From Candidatus Curtissbacteria bacterium RIFCSPHIGHO2_01_FULL_41_11 (GTDB taxonomy: Bacteria > Patescibacteriota > Microgenomatia > Curtissbacterales > GWA2-41-24), in NCBI GenBank assembly GCA_001776335.1, contig MFAZ01000043.1:3984-67983 (forward strand): DNA of 64,000 bases, written 5' to 3'. The translations under genes and the position numbers were made by a program. The notes under the pieces are model-generated. The model saw nothing but the letters and a program-made list of their open reading frames with translations, was not told the DNA's origin and did no database searches. Below are positions 38,900-49,092 of the stretch, in pieces (positions within the stretch are counted from its first letter, which is position 1; the number at the start of each line of letters is the position of its first letter).

Positions 38900-39816
38900 T
38901 CTCTTGCGACCCCTTTCTCCCTAAGTTTTTCGTCGACTAAAGCGATCGACTTAGGACCCATGTTTTTCATTTTCAAAAGCTCCCTTCTGTCGACATGCAA
39001 AAAGTCACCAATAGTTTCGATCTTGCCTGATTTAAGACTGTTTGTCAGTCTTACTGGAAGATCAAGTTCTTCAAGAGACGTTTTTATAACTTCGTCTGAA
39101 ACTGTTGAGCTCGGTGCTTCTTTCTGTTTTTTGGCAGCAGTTTGTGGTTGATGGATTGTCATAAAATGATCAACCAAAATTTTTGCCGCCTGCTTAAGCG
39201 CTTCTTGAGGTTTGATAGTACCATCGGTCGTAATTTCAAGCGTCAGTTTGTCGTAATTTGTAAGCCTGCCGACACGAGTTGCTTCTACTTTGTAGTTGAC
39301 ATGAGTAATAGGCGAGAAGTTTGCATCAATTGGAATAACTCCAATTTCTCCAGTTTTTCTCTCATCTGCCAGCGAGTAACCACTACCATTTTCAGCGATT
39401 AGATGAACTGTCAATCTGGCTTTTGCGTCCGCAAGGTGAGCCAGTACTAGATCGCCGTTTATGATTTCAACTCCTGCTGAAGTTTGAATATCGCCCGCTT
39501 TAACAACCTTGGGACCTTTGACATCAAGTGTAAGTCTAACCGGTTTGTCTGACGAAATCTTAAGTCTAACTTTTTTAAGATTAAGGATAAATTCAACAAT
39601 GTCTTCGGTTATGCCGGGCATTGATGAAAATTGATGACGTACTCCGGAGATTTTTACCTGAGTAATAGCGGCACCTTGCAGGGATGTCAAAAGAACTCGT
39701 CTGATTGAAGTTCCAATGGTATGACCATAGCCCTGATCAAGCGGTTCTATGATAAACTTACCAAAATCTGCAGTTTCTTTTTCTGTTTGTAATTCTATTT
39801 GAGATAAATCAAGCAT
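38896..39816 (-). CDS. rpoA: DNA-directed RNA polymerase alpha subunit
   Basis: 306 aa with N- and C-terminal alpha domains, in the alpha-operon position. Confidence 0.95.
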   Translation of the reverse strand: MLDLSQIELQTEKETADFGKFIIEPLDQGYGHTIGTSIRRVLLTSLQGAAITQVKISGVRHQFSSMPGITEDIVEFILNLKKVRLKISSDKPVRLTLDVKGPKVVKAGDIQTSAGVEIINGDLVLAHLADAKARLTVHLIAENGSGYSLADERKTGEIGVIPIDANFSPITHVNYKVEATRVGRLTNYDKLTLEITTDGTIKPQEALKQAAKILVDHFMTIHQPQTAAKKQKEAPSSTVSDEVIKTSLEELDLPVRLTNSLKSGKIETIGDFLHVDRRELLKMKNMGPKSIALVDEKLREKGVARE

Positions 39817-39837
39817 CTTATATTTTCACCCCCCTCA

Positions 39838-40440
39838 CTATCTAGAGTAATACTCTACTATTAATTTTTCATTAATATCTGCTTCTATTTCTTCTCTTTG
39901 TGGCAGAGTGTTTATTTTTCCTACTGTTGCCTTTCGCGTAAGCCATGACGGTGTTTTTGGTTCCAAACTTGCTAACTTTTTGATAAAATCTAGATTGGCA
40001 GTTTTAGGAGAGAGTGAAACAATGTCTCCTATTTTAACATTGAATGAAGGAATAGTCACCCTTTTGTCATTAACAAAAACATGACCATGATTTACAAGTT
40101 GTCTTGCTTGAGGACGACTATTTGCAAGTCCCATTCGATAGATAACATTATCGAGTCTAGATTCTAATAGTTGCAAAAGCGCTTCGCCGGTTGAGCCTTT
40201 TTTGGAGGCGGCTTTGTTGTAATACTTTTGGAATTGTCTTTCTAAAACTCCATACATTCTTTTAACTTTTTGCTTTTCCCGAAGCTGAATACCATGCTCT
40301 GAAAGCTTTCTTCGGCCTTTTGCCCCGTGTTGACCTGGTGGCCCTGCATTTTTTTTGATAACCGGACAATTCGGTGAACCGCAAATGGCCATTCCCTCTG
40401 CTCTGCACAATCTATGTTTTGGTCCTGTATATCTAGCCAT
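39838..40440 (-). CDS. rpsD: 30S ribosomal protein S4
   Basis: Start trimmed to MARYTGPKHRLCR. Zn-type CGSPNC motif. Confidence 0.9.
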   Translation of the reverse strand: MARYTGPKHRLCRAEGMAICGSPNCPVIKKNAGPPGQHGAKGRRKLSEHGIQLREKQKVKRMYGVLERQFQKYYNKAASKKGSTGEALLQLLESRLDNVIYRMGLANSRPQARQLVNHGHVFVNDKRVTIPSFNVKIGDIVSLSPKTANLDFIKKLASLEPKTPSWLTRKATVGKINTLPQREEIEADINEKLIVEYYSR

Positions 40441-40450
40441 GGTAACGTCT

Positions 40451-40834
40451 TTAGACTCGTCTCCTTTTGCTTGCTCTTGGGCCATTGTGTGGAATCGGCG
40501 TAACGTCTGCAATCATAGTTATATCGAGACCTGCGGATTTAAAAGCTCTTATTGCCCCGTCTCGTCCAGGACCGGGACCCTTTATATAAACTTCAACACT
40601 TGTTATTCCTTTTTCTTTGGCTTTTTTTGCAACTGTTTCAACAGCACTTGTTGCAGCATATGGCGTTGATTTTCGAGCGCCTTTAAATCCTGACGCTCCT
40701 GCAGAACCCCACATTAGTGAATTTCCTTGAGGATCTGTAATGTTGACCAAAGTATTATTAAAAGTCGCTGTAACATACGCTTTTCCGCTTGTAACATTTA
40801 TCTTTTTTTCTTTTTTCTTTTGTTGGATAGCCAT
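40451..40834 (-). CDS. rpsK: 30S ribosomal protein S11
   Basis: 127 aa uS11. Confidence 0.95.
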   Translation of the reverse strand: MAIQQKKKEKKINVTSGKAYVTATFNNTLVNITDPQGNSLMWGSAGASGFKGARKSTPYAATSAVETVAKKAKEKGITSVEVYIKGPGPGRDGAIRAFKSAGLDITMIADVTPIPHNGPRASKRRRV

Positions 40835-40839
40835 CTAAA

Positions 40840-41259
40840 TTACTTTTGTTGTGTAGTAGTAGTTGTTGTTGGCGGCGCTACTTTTGTCACAACTTCCTTT
40901 CTGACAGTTCCGATTGTTACTCTTTTGCCTCTTTTGGTTCTTGCGTTTGTTCTGGTCCTTTGGCCTCTGACTGGCAAGTTTTTTGAATGTCTTGTGCCGC
41001 GATAAGCGCCGATTTCCTGCAATCTTTTAATGTTACTTTGGATTTCCCTTCTTAAGTCTCCTTCAACTTTGTATTCCTCGATTGCTTTTTGAAGTTTGTT
41101 AACTTGCTCTTCGGATAGATTTTTTGTTCTTATGTTTGGGTCTATTTGACATTTATTCAGGATTTTTTTTGCCATTGTCGGACCAACCCCAAAAATGTAG
41201 GGGAGAGCCGCTTCTATTCTTTTATCTTTTGGCAAATCTATGCCTGCAATACGTGCCAT
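40840..41259 (-). CDS. rpsM: 30S ribosomal protein S13
   Basis: 139 aa. [10 protein letters not shown], Thr-rich C-terminal tail. Confidence 0.95.
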   Translation of the reverse strand: MARIAGIDLPKDKRIEAALPYIFGVGPTMAKKILNKCQIDPNIRTKNLSEEQVNKLQKAIEEYKVEGDLRREIQSNIKRLQEIGAYRGTRHSKNLPVRGQRTRTNARTKRGKRVTIGTVRKEVVTKVAPPTTTTTTQQK

Positions 41260-41262
41260 AAA

Positions 41263-41376
41263 TTATCCTTGTCGCTGTTTGTGTCTTGGATTGATACAAA
41301 TGACGTAAAGGCGACCCTTGCGTTTGACAATTTTACAATTGATACATCTTTTTTTAACCGACGCTTGAACTTTCAT
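41263..41376 (-). CDS. rpmJ: 50S ribosomal protein L36 (zinc-ribbon form)
   Basis: Reverse-strand translation gives [37 protein letters not shown], 37 aa. Not in the ORF track because it is under 60 aa. Confidence 0.9.
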   Translation of the reverse strand: MKVQASVKKRCINCKIVKRKGRLYVICINPRHKQRQG

Positions 41377-41378
41377 AA

Positions 41379-41651
41379 TTATCTATTCCTGTAGGTAATC
41401 CTTCCTTTAGTTAGATCGTATGGTGTCATTTCAAGTTTTACTCTGTCACCTGGTAGAATTCGAACATAGTGAATTCTCATTTTGCCTGATAAATGGCAAA
41501 GGACAATTCTATCCTCTTCGACATTGGGAAGAGAACCCTTTGGAACTCTGACCCTAAACATCGTGTTTGGCAGTGCTTCCGTTACTTCGCCATCGACTTC
41601 CATGACGCCCGGTTTGCTTTTGTTTGGTCTTAGATTTGAACGGTTATACAT
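41379..41651 (-). CDS. infA: Translation initiation factor IF-1 (about 16-aa N-terminal extension if the first ATG is used)
   Basis: S1-like domain [20 protein letters not shown]...[37 protein letters not shown] lies 8 nt upstream of the first ATG. Confidence 0.85.
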   Translation of the reverse strand: MYNRSNLRPNKSKPGVMEVDGEVTEALPNTMFRVRVPKGSLPNVEEDRIVLCHLSGKMRIHYVRILPGDRVKLEMTPYDLTKGRITYRNR

Positions 41652-41823
41652 AATTAATACTCCAATGGGACACCAAGGTTTCCCCTTGGTATTCCTCTTC
41701 CTTTAGTGGATAAGCAAAGCTTGCGGTCCTCATCAATTTCATTGATTGCGGGCCTTAAATTTAATCTAGCATAGCTAGATTTAAATTTAATTTTATAAGA
41801 ATAAGTAAACGTAAATTTTATCA
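41652..41823 (-). promoter_or_regulatory. Conserved leader module copy A (family 2) between map and infA
   Basis: Contains the CTAGC-ATA-GCTAG hairpin, AAGGCCCG...GAGGACCGCAAGCUUUGCUUAU (shared with copy B) and GGAAGAGGAAUACCAAGGGGAAACCUUGGUGUCCC (shared with copy F). Confidence 0.55.
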
Positions 41824-42582
41824 TTATTTTAAATATGGCGTCAAGACTATAGGGCCATCTTTTGTGACAGCGACGGTTTGCTCAAACAGGCCGCCAAGTG
41901 ATTTGTCTTTTGTTGATATTGTCCAATTGTCTTGTTCCAGATAAACATCTCCCGATCCTTGTGCATAAATGACTTCAATTGCCAGGACCATACTTTCCAA
42001 GATTTTGGGGCCAAGTCCTTTTTTGCCGAATCCCGGAACCATGGGATCCTCGTGTAACTCGCGGCCAACACCATGACCGGTAAGACTTTTAACAATACTG
42101 TAACTGGCGCCTTCAATCTTGTTTTGGATGGTTGATGAAATATCACCGATTGTGCCACCTACTTTTGCGGCTTTTATGGCTTCTTTTAATGTTTGTTTTC
42201 CTGTTTCTAAAAACTTCATAGTACTTTTGGGGATATTCCCAACAGGAACAGATATTGCCATGTCACTGTGATATCCCCGATAAATTGCGCCGATATCTAT
42301 TCCCAAAACATCTCCCGATTCTAACTGTCTTTCCGTCGGTATGCCATGTACAACCTGACTGTTAATTGTTGTACAAATTGTCCATTTGTAATCATCGACA
42401 GTTTTAAAGGACGATTCACCGCCGTTTTTTCGAATCTCAACATCTGCAATCCTATCCAAATCTATGCATTTTACACCCGGTCTAACACTCTCCAAAACTT
42501 TCTTCAACGCTTTGGCGCAAATTGCACCTGAAACTTTCATCAGTTTCAGTTCCTCTTTAGTCTTTACCTGTGACATTTCCAA
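41824..42582 (-). CDS. map: Methionine aminopeptidase type I
   Basis: 252 aa pita-bread fold with metal-ligand residues. Confidence 0.9.
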   Translation of the reverse strand: MEMSQVKTKEELKLMKVSGAICAKALKKVLESVRPGVKCIDLDRIADVEIRKNGGESSFKTVDDYKWTICTTINSQVVHGIPTERQLESGDVLGIDIGAIYRGYHSDMAISVPVGNIPKSTMKFLETGKQTLKEAIKAAKVGGTIGDISSTIQNKIEGASYSIVKSLTGHGVGRELHEDPMVPGFGKKGLGPKILESMVLAIEVIYAQGSGDVYLEQDNWTISTKDKSLGGLFEQTVAVTKDGPIVLTPYLK

Positions 42583-43102
42583 GTTTTGATAATATATCCT
42601 GCTGAACCTCGCCCTGGGTTCTTACCCCGTTGATTTCTTCCAAGTTACCTTGTTGTCTGAAATACGTCAGAAGGGGTTCTGTTTCCTTGTGATAGAGTTC
42701 CAGACGTCTGGTGATTACATCCAGGCTGTCATCGTGTCTGCCCCTTGCGATTAATCTTTTTATGCCTTCGTTATCCGAAACTTTAATATAAAAGACCTTA
42801 TCAATATCTGTTGGCAGGCCCTCAATCTGGGCATAATTTCTGGGATATCCGTCCAGGACATAACCGTTCTTGCAATCGTTTTCGGATACCCTTTTTTTCA
42901 TTAGGCCAATTGTTATTGTGTCCGGAACAAGATTGCCTACTTCCAGGGCTTGTCGGATTTCCCCGCCTTCTTCGTCATTATCTTTTGATTTATCACGTAG
43001 AAGCTGACCCATCTCGATGTAGGGGAGACCTAGCTTTTCTGAAAGCATTTTTGCCTGTGTTGATTTACCAGATCCTTGTGCGCCTAAAAAAATAATCTTC
43101 AT
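42557..43102 (-). CDS. adk: Adenylate kinase (short LID)
   Basis: 181 aa. GAQGSGKSTQ P-loop. Confidence 0.9.
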   Translation of the reverse strand: MKIIFLGAQGSGKSTQAKMLSEKLGLPYIEMGQLLRDKSKDNDEEGGEIRQALEVGNLVPDTITIGLMKKRVSENDCKNGYVLDGYPRNYAQIEGLPTDIDKVFYIKVSDNEGIKRLIARGRHDDSLDVITRRLELYHKETEPLLTYFRQQGNLEEINGVRTQGEVQQDILSKLGNVTGKD

Positions 43103-43105
43103 TTT

Positions 43106-44389
43106 TTATCTTTTTCTTAAATAACTATCGTAATCTCTCATAACAAGTTGTGACTCGACCTGTTTGAATGTTTCGAGAACAACCGAAACTACGATTAAAA
43201 TTCCCGTACCGCCGACTAAAAGATTTTGGAGATCTGTTATGCTTTGAACAATAGATGGCAATATTGCAATTAACCCTAAAAATAATGCTCCAAACAAAGT
43301 TATTCTGAAAGAAATATATTCAAGGAAAGACTTGGTTGCCTGACCCGGTCTGATACCGGTTATAAAACCACCTTGCTTCATGAGCATTTCTGAAAGTTGT
43401 TTTGTATTGAAAGCCACTGTTGTGTAGAAATAAGTAAAAATTACTACCAGAAGAAAATAAGTAACGTTGTATAAAATTCCGTTTGGGTTAAAAATACGCT
43501 GAATGTTTTGAGCAGCGTTAGCGACCAAAACGTTTGGAGAAGATTCGAAGAATCTAGCGAAAGTTGTCGGCAACAAAATCAAGGACACCGCAAAAATTAT
43601 AGGGATTACACCGGCCTGATTAACTCTCATCGGAATAAAACTTGTAACTGCCGACTGAGAACCAGCTGACCTTCTTGAATAATTTACCTTTATTGGTCTC
43701 CGTGCTTCGGTTACAATAACTATTGAGACAACTACAATTAAACTCATTACTAAAAATATAAGAATATTTTTTATCTGACTTGGATCAAAAACTGATGCCG
43801 TTTGCAAAAAACTTATTGGAAGTCTTCCCACAATTCCTGCAAAAATTACCATTGAAATACCGTTCCCTATTCCCCTTTCTGTGATAAGTTCACCAAGCCA
43901 CATCAAAAAAATGGTCCCGGCTGTCATGGTTGTTATCATCGAAAGCAACGTCAGTGGAGTTACAGTAGTAATGATGTTTGAATTCTTTAAGAGTATATAC
44001 ATGCCGAAAGCTTGAATTACCGTAAGTGGAACTGTGAGATATCTTGTATATTGATTGATTTTTTCTCTTCCCGATTCTCCTTCTTTGGAAAGCTCTTCAA
44101 GTTTTGGGATTACCATTTGGAGCAGTTGCATGATAATGCTGGCATTAATGTATGGGTTAAGACCCAGCGACATGACCGAAAAATTGGCCAGTGTCCCACC
44201 GGAAAAAATGTCGAGTAGCGAAAGTAGCTGACTCTGGCCAAAAAGTTGTTTCAGTGACGAGATGTCAACTCCCGGAACAGGAACGTGTGCAAAAATTCTA
44301 AAGACAAGCAAGATCATTGCAGTAAAAATAATCTTTTGTCTAATCTGACTAACTTTAAAGGCTTTAATTAATGTGGATAAAAATCTCAT
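43106..44389 (-). CDS. secY: Preprotein translocase subunit SecY
   Basis: 427 aa, 10 TM. Confidence 0.95.
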   Translation of the reverse strand: MRFLSTLIKAFKVSQIRQKIIFTAMILLVFRIFAHVPVPGVDISSLKQLFGQSQLLSLLDIFSGGTLANFSVMSLGLNPYINASIIMQLLQMVIPKLEELSKEGESGREKINQYTRYLTVPLTVIQAFGMYILLKNSNIITTVTPLTLLSMITTMTAGTIFLMWLGELITERGIGNGISMVIFAGIVGRLPISFLQTASVFDPSQIKNILIFLVMSLIVVVSIVIVTEARRPIKVNYSRRSAGSQSAVTSFIPMRVNQAGVIPIIFAVSLILLPTTFARFFESSPNVLVANAAQNIQRIFNPNGILYNVTYFLLVVIFTYFYTTVAFNTKQLSEMLMKQGGFITGIRPGQATKSFLEYISFRITLFGALFLGLIAILPSIVQSITDLQNLLVGGTGILIVVSVVLETFKQVESQLVMRDYDSYLRKR

Positions 44390-44391
44390 CT

Positions 44392-44865
44392 TTATTTCTT
44401 TGCGATTTTTGGTTTAGCGTTTTCTGATTTTAATTGAGGCTTGCCCGCACCGATTTTTTCAGCAGCTTTTTTGGATATCGGAACATTTATTTTCAGGGTT
44501 TTAGTTAATTTACCGTCACCCAAAATTTTTACACCATATACTTTTGCGTCATCAGCCTTTACGATTTTATATTTAACCAGAGTTTCTATATCAACCGTTG
44601 ATCCTTCCGGTAAAATGTTTAGGGCAACTAAGTTTATTACCAAAGGTTTTTTACTAACTCTTTTATTACCCTTACCTCTTCTATAAGGTAGTCTTTTGAA
44701 AAGTGGTCTTTGCCCACCTTCAAAGTGAGGGTGCATAAGTGAAACTTTACCTCGGGCTTTTTGTCCTTTGGTTCCCCTACCGGATGTTTTCCCTTTGCCG
44801 GACCCTGGTCCTCGTCCGATTCTTTTTTTAGAAAACTTTTTGATTTTTAAGAGTTGTTGTTTCAT
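44392..44865 (-). CDS. rplO: 50S ribosomal protein L15
   Basis: 157 aa. [15 protein letters not shown]. Confidence 0.95.
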   Translation of the reverse strand: MKQQLLKIKKFSKKRIGRGPGSGKGKTSGRGTKGQKARGKVSLMHPHFEGGQRPLFKRLPYRRGKGNKRVSKKPLVINLVALNILPEGSTVDIETLVKYKIVKADDAKVYGVKILGDGKLTKTLKINVPISKKAAEKIGAGKPQLKSENAKPKIAKK

Positions 44866-45320
44866 TTAAATGTTGTCAGTGCTTCTAATGTTGCGTAAAC
44901 GTTGGACGCCTGATTTTTGGTTCCCAGAACTTTGCTGGAAATATTTAAGATGCCCGCAGCTTCCACTACGCTTCTTACTGCGCCACCAGCGATTACTCCA
45001 GAACCTTCAGGTGCCGGCTTAAGTAAAATTTTGGCTGCTCCTCTTTTTATTAACACATCATGAGGTATTGTGCCACGAACAATCGGGACTGTGATTAAAT
45101 GCTTTTTGGCGTAAGCCGACGCTTTGCGAATAGCAGATGCGACATCACGAGCTTTTCCAAGTCCTACACCAACTCTCCCTTTTTTATCGCCAACTACTAG
45201 CAAAACCGAAAAGGCCATTCTATTGCCTCCTTTGGTCTTTTTAGAAACACGATTGACTTGGATTACTCTTTCGTCGAATTCTCTGGCTTCCTGCATAAAA
45301 CGAGCTTCGTTGTTTGCCAT
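44862..45320 (-). CDS. rpsE: 30S ribosomal protein S5
   Basis: 152 aa uS5. Directly followed by rplO, with no L30 gene between them. Confidence 0.95.
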   Translation of the reverse strand: MANNEARFMQEAREFDERVIQVNRVSKKTKGGNRMAFSVLLVVGDKKGRVGVGLGKARDVASAIRKASAYAKKHLITVPIVRGTIPHDVLIKRGAAKILLKPAPEGSGVIAGGAVRSVVEAAGILNISSKVLGTKNQASNVYATLEALTTFK

Positions 45321-45322
45321 GT

Positions 45323-45661
45323 TTAAAAAGCTAGACCTCCTTCTCTTGCACCTTCTGCCAGTGCTTTAATTCTGCCGTGATATTTATAACCAGCACGATC
45401 AAAAACCGCTTTTTTTACATTTTTCTTAAGTGCTGCGCTTGCCAATGTTTTGCCGACTTCTTTTGCTCTTTCTGTTTTAGAACCAGATTTTTCTACGTCC
45501 GATGCAGAAACAATTGTCAATCTCTTTTTATCGTCTATAAGCTGGGCGTATATATACTTGTTGGATCTGAAAACTGAGAGTCTGGGAAGGCTTTCTGTTC
45601 CCTCTACCTTCCTTCTAACTCTGGCGTGTCTTGCAATTCTTTGAGATCTTTTGTTTTTCAT
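45323..45661 (-). CDS. rplR: 50S ribosomal protein L18
   Basis: 112 aa uL18. Confidence 0.95.
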   Translation of the reverse strand: MKNKRSQRIARHARVRRKVEGTESLPRLSVFRSNKYIYAQLIDDKKRLTIVSASDVEKSGSKTERAKEVGKTLASAALKKNVKKAVFDRAGYKYHGRIKALAEGAREGGLAF

Positions 45662-45664
45662 AGA

Positions 45665-46210
45665 TTACGCTCCTACTGCTTTAACAGCTTTTCCTGCTTT
45701 CTTTCTGACTATTTCATCGCTATATCTAATTCCTTTTCCTTTGTAGGGTTCGGGCGGGCGGACTTTTCTAATTTTTGCTGCCATTTCACCCACTGCAATT
45801 TTGTCTATTCCGGAAACTATAATTTTGTTATCTTTAGTGTCAAATTCCACACCATTTGTCGATATTATAACTACTGGGTGGGAATATCCAACATTTAGTA
45901 CTAAGTCGTTTCCTTGTTTGGCTGCTTTATATCCAACACCTACAAGTTCCAGCATTTTTTGATGACCATCGGTGACGCCTTTTACCATGTTTGAGATTAC
46001 ACTTCTGGTTAAACCGTGGAGTGCTTTTGCGAATTTATTTTCCGACTTTCTGCTAATTTTTACTGTTTGGTTTTCAACCATAACTGCAATTTCCGGTCTT
46101 ATTTGAAACGAGATATTGCCCTTTGGACCAGAAACATTAACGGTTAAATCTTCAACTTTTACCGTTACCCCCTGTGGTATCTGAACCGGTTGTTTGCCTA
46201 TTTTTGACAT
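45665..46210 (-). CDS. rplF: 50S ribosomal protein L6
   Basis: 181 aa uL6. Confidence 0.95.
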   Translation of the reverse strand: MSKIGKQPVQIPQGVTVKVEDLTVNVSGPKGNISFQIRPEIAVMVENQTVKISRKSENKFAKALHGLTRSVISNMVKGVTDGHQKMLELVGVGYKAAKQGNDLVLNVGYSHPVVIISTNGVEFDTKDNKIIVSGIDKIAVGEMAAKIRKVRPPEPYKGKGIRYSDEIVRKKAGKAVKAVGA

Positions 46211-46226
46211 AATTTGTTTCAGGTTT

Positions 46227-46601
46227 TTACCAAACCCTACAGATGACCTCCCCGCCCAGTTTTTTTGCTTTGGCTTCTTTACCTGTCATCACTCCTTGAG
46301 GAGTCGAGAGAATATATGTTCCCCTGCCACCTTTTAGTGTTGGAATTTTTTTACTTTTTGAATAAACTCTAAGGCCGAGCTTCGATACTTTTTGGATTTG
46401 GGAAATCTTGGGTTTGTGATTGTCATATAGAAGCTCGATAGTTATTTCTCGATCTTCGCTCTTAATATTGCCAATAAACTTTTCCTTTTCAAGCACTTTG
46501 GCAATTTCCAACTTAAATTTGGAAACTGGAATGGTCACAGATGGCTTTTTGGCCATATAACCGTTTTTTATTGTTATTAACATGTCTGCTATCGGATCCA
46601 C
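46227..46601 (-). CDS. rpsH: 30S ribosomal protein S8
   Basis: Start set at the GTG (46601) preceded by AAAGGAGGG. VDPIADMLI.IKNG motif. The longer track ORF would overlap S14. Confidence 0.9.
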   Translation of the reverse strand: MDPIADMLITIKNGYMAKKPSVTIPVSKFKLEIAKVLEKEKFIGNIKSEDREITIELLYDNHKPKISQIQKVSKLGLRVYSKSKKIPTLKGGRGTYILSTPQGVMTGKEAKAKKLGGEVICRVW

Positions 46602-46677
46602 GAGCCCTCCTTTGTCGGGAATTTCCAATTGGTCCCGTTTTCTGACGAAAAATGAATTTCCAATTTCCAATGATTTT

Positions 46678-46863
46678 TTACCATGATGATTTTTTGATTC
46701 CTGGTATCTCTCCTTTGTGTGCAAGATCTCTAAAACAGAGTCTGCATATTCCAAACTTGTTCATGAAAGCCCTTGGCCTGCCGCAAATCATGCAACGGTT
46801 TCGATGTCTTACCTCAAACTTTTGTTTTTTGTTGTTTTTAACTATCTTTGATGTTTTTGCCAT
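46678..46863 (-). CDS. rpsZ: 30S ribosomal protein S14 type Z (zinc-binding, 61 aa)
   Basis: [33 protein letters not shown]...[22 protein letters not shown] with a C4 motif. Confidence 0.9.
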   Translation of the reverse strand: MAKTSKIVKNNKKQKFEVRHRNRCMICGRPRAFMNKFGICRLCFRDLAHKGEIPGIKKSSW

Positions 46864-46994
46864 AAAGATACTTGGAGAAAAGCTTAAGCTTTTCTCAATA
46901 TTCCCTTTCACTTAATAAGCAAAGCTTGCGGTCCTCGTCCTTTGAACTACGGGCCTTGGATAAAATTTTGGATTGTATTTTTAGATTACTCATA
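46864..46994 (-). promoter_or_regulatory. Conserved leader module copy B (family 2) between rplE and rpsZ
   Basis: Shares AAGGCCCG..GA.GAGGACCGCAAGCUUUGCUUAU with copy A and AATTTTGGATTGTA with copy D. Confidence 0.5.
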
Positions 46995-47537
46995 TTAATT
47001 ATTGCGGAATGGTACTCCTAAAAGCTCCATTAATTTTTTAGATTTTTCGGGATCACTGTTTTTTATAACTATGGAAACTACCAGGCCGCGAATCTTGTCT
47101 ATTTTTGCGTAGTCAATTTCCGGAAAAAGAATTTGCTCTGTAATACCCAAGCTGTAGTTGCCCATTTTGTCGAATTTATTTGTTTGTAGCCCTCGAAAAT
47201 CTCTCATTCTTGGCATAACAATTGCTATTAACTTCTCTAAAAAAATCCAAGCTTTTTTACCCCTAAGTGTTACCATCATTCCAATCGGATCCTTTTCTCT
47301 AAGTTTAAAAGTAGAAATTGCAGCTTTTGCCCGAGTTATTTTTGGTTTTTGTCCCGTTATGGTTGCCAGCTGTTCGTCTACTTTTGTCAAAATATCTTTG
47401 TTATCTTTTGCTTCTGCGATTCCCATATTAACTACAACCTTTTCAACATAAGGGATTGCTAAATCGTTTTTAAGATTAAATTCTTGTTTGAGTTTCGGCA
47501 TTATTTCCTGTTTATATTTTGTTTGTAAATTTGTCAT
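46995..47537 (-). CDS. rplE: 50S ribosomal protein L5
   Basis: 180 aa uL5. Confidence 0.95.
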   Translation of the reverse strand: MTNLQTKYKQEIMPKLKQEFNLKNDLAIPYVEKVVVNMGIAEAKDNKDILTKVDEQLATITGQKPKITRAKAAISTFKLREKDPIGMMVTLRGKKAWIFLEKLIAIVMPRMRDFRGLQTNKFDKMGNYSLGITEQILFPEIDYAKIDKIRGLVVSIVIKNSDPEKSKKLMELLGVPFRNN

Positions 47538-47860
47538 TTTTTCTCCTTAGGTTGGGCCAGACGACCCTGACATTTTTTACATATTCGTACTTTTATTTTC
47601 CCCTCCATCAGAAATCCTACTCTTGTCGGCTTCCCGCATTTTGGACAAATGATTGCTACCGTAGATGTAGACAATGGTCTTGCAATTTCGTAAATTCCCG
47701 CGGGTTGAGTCCTGGTTACTTTTCTGTGCCTTTTATAAATATTGACACCGGCAATAACAATTTTGTTTTCTTTTTTGTAAACCTTTTCAATCTTTCCTTT
47801 CTTACCTTTGTCTCGACCGGCCATAACTTGCACTTCATCTCCAACTTTGAATTTGTACAT
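47534..47860 (-). CDS. rplX: 50S ribosomal protein L24 with a C4 zinc-ribbon motif in its C-terminal half
   Basis: 108 aa. KOW-domain N-terminus, then ...AIICPKCGKPTRVGF...RICKKCQGRL. Confidence 0.9.
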   Translation of the reverse strand: MYKFKVGDEVQVMAGRDKGKKGKIEKVYKKENKIVIAGVNIYKRHRKVTRTQPAGIYEIARPLSTSTVAIICPKCGKPTRVGFLMEGKIKVRICKKCQGRLAQPKEKK

Positions 47861-48229
47861 TTATATAACCTCCTTGGCCAGAGACGCGATTTTCGCGAAC
47901 CCAAGTGATTTAACTTCTTGTGCTATTGGTCCAAAGACTCTGGTTGCCCTGGGAACTTTAGTGTTATCGATAATGACTGCAGCGTTTTGTGAAAATCTTA
48001 TATAAGAACCATCCGGTCTTCTTGTTTCCTTTTTGGTTCTCACTACAACAGCTTTTACTATTTCATGATCTTTGACTTGACCGTTGGGGTCTGCACCGCG
48101 CACTACACAAGTAACAATTTCTCCCAGTCGAACAAATCTTTTACCGGACCCTTTGCCCACTCCAATTACTACCAATAATTTGGCTCCACTATTATCAGCA
48201 ACTATCAAGTTAGATCTTCTTGCAAGCAT
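47861..48229 (-). CDS. rplN: 50S ribosomal protein L14
   Basis: 122 aa uL14. Confidence 0.95.
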   Translation of the reverse strand: MLARRSNLIVADNSGAKLLVVIGVGKGSGKRFVRLGEIVTCVVRGADPNGQVKDHEIVKAVVVRTKKETRRPDGSYIRFSQNAAVIIDNTKVPRATRVFGPIAQEVKSLGFAKIASLAKEVI

Positions 48230-48231
48230 AG

Positions 48232-48492
48232 TTACTTCACAACCTCCAATACTTTGAAGTGAACATTTTTAGAATAAGGTCTGGTTTCTGTAATTTTTAC
48301 TTTTTGGCCCATTTGTGCGCCTATCTCATCATGGGCCTTAAAGTTTCTAGTTCTTGAAATTATCTTTTTGTAAAGCGGATGTTTAATTTGTATTTTTACC
48401 TCGACCACAACTGTTTTTGGCATTTTATTTGAAACCACAGTTCCCTGTTTAACTTGCATTTTGACCATTCTCCTTTTGTGATTTTTCGGCAA
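48232..48492 (-). CDS. rpsQ: 30S ribosomal protein S17 (the real start is probably an internal Met)
   Basis: VVSNKMPKTVVVEV motif. Confidence 0.9.
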   Translation of the reverse strand: MPKNHKRRMVKMQVKQGTVVSNKMPKTVVVEVKIQIKHPLYKKIISRTRNFKAHDEIGAQMGQKVKITETRPYSKNVHFKVLEVVK

Positions 48493-48685
48493 AAGATTTT
48501 TCGTTTATCAGGGTCATAACCTGAGCGATGCTGCGCTTAATTGACAATAAGTGATGGTAATTTTTCGTTTTTGACATATCCCGTTCTATCATCGCTTCGT
48601 TTTTTTCCTTTAATAATCTCTCTCTTTCTTTTTTAAGAGCTTCGATGTTTTTGCTTTTTAATTCTTTTAAATCTTTGTTTTTCAT
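48449..48685 (-). CDS. rpmC: 50S ribosomal protein L29
   Basis: 78 aa. LKELKSKNIEAL.KE...LLKEK helical uL29. Confidence 0.85.
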   Translation of the reverse strand: MKNKDLKELKSKNIEALKKERERLLKEKNEAMIERDMSKTKNYHHLLSIKRSIAQVMTLINEKSFAEKSQKENGQNAS

Positions 48686-49089
48686 TATTTTGATATAATT
48701 CTGGTTTTTATTGGCAACTTGTGTGCAGCTAGGCGCATTGCTTCTTCGGCAACACTGGGCATGACAGCGCCCATTTCGAAAAGAATCATTCCCGGTTTAA
48801 CAACCGCAACGTATTGATGGATGTCACCTTTTCCGGAACCCATTCTGGTTTCTGCAGGTTTTTTGGTTGTTGGTTTATCGGGAAATATTCTGATCCAAAT
48901 ACGACCCCCTCTTTTGGTGTAATGAGTCATTGCTCGTCGGGCTGCTTCTATTTGTCTTGCAGTGATCCACGCGCATTCGAGAGCCTTTATACCGTGTGAT
49001 CCAAAAGCAAGAGAACTGCCGCGAGTGGCAATGCCTCGTCTTTTGTTTCTAAATTGTTTTCTATATTTTGCTCTTTTTGGCGATAGCAT
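48685..49089 (-). CDS. rplP: 50S ribosomal protein L16
   Basis: 134 aa uL16. Confidence 0.95.
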   Translation of the reverse strand: MLSPKRAKYRKQFRNKRRGIATRGSSLAFGSHGIKALECAWITARQIEAARRAMTHYTKRGGRIWIRIFPDKPTTKKPAETRMGSGKGDIHQYVAVVKPGMILFEMGAVMPSVAEEAMRLAAHKLPIKTRIISK

Positions 49090-49092
49090 GTC

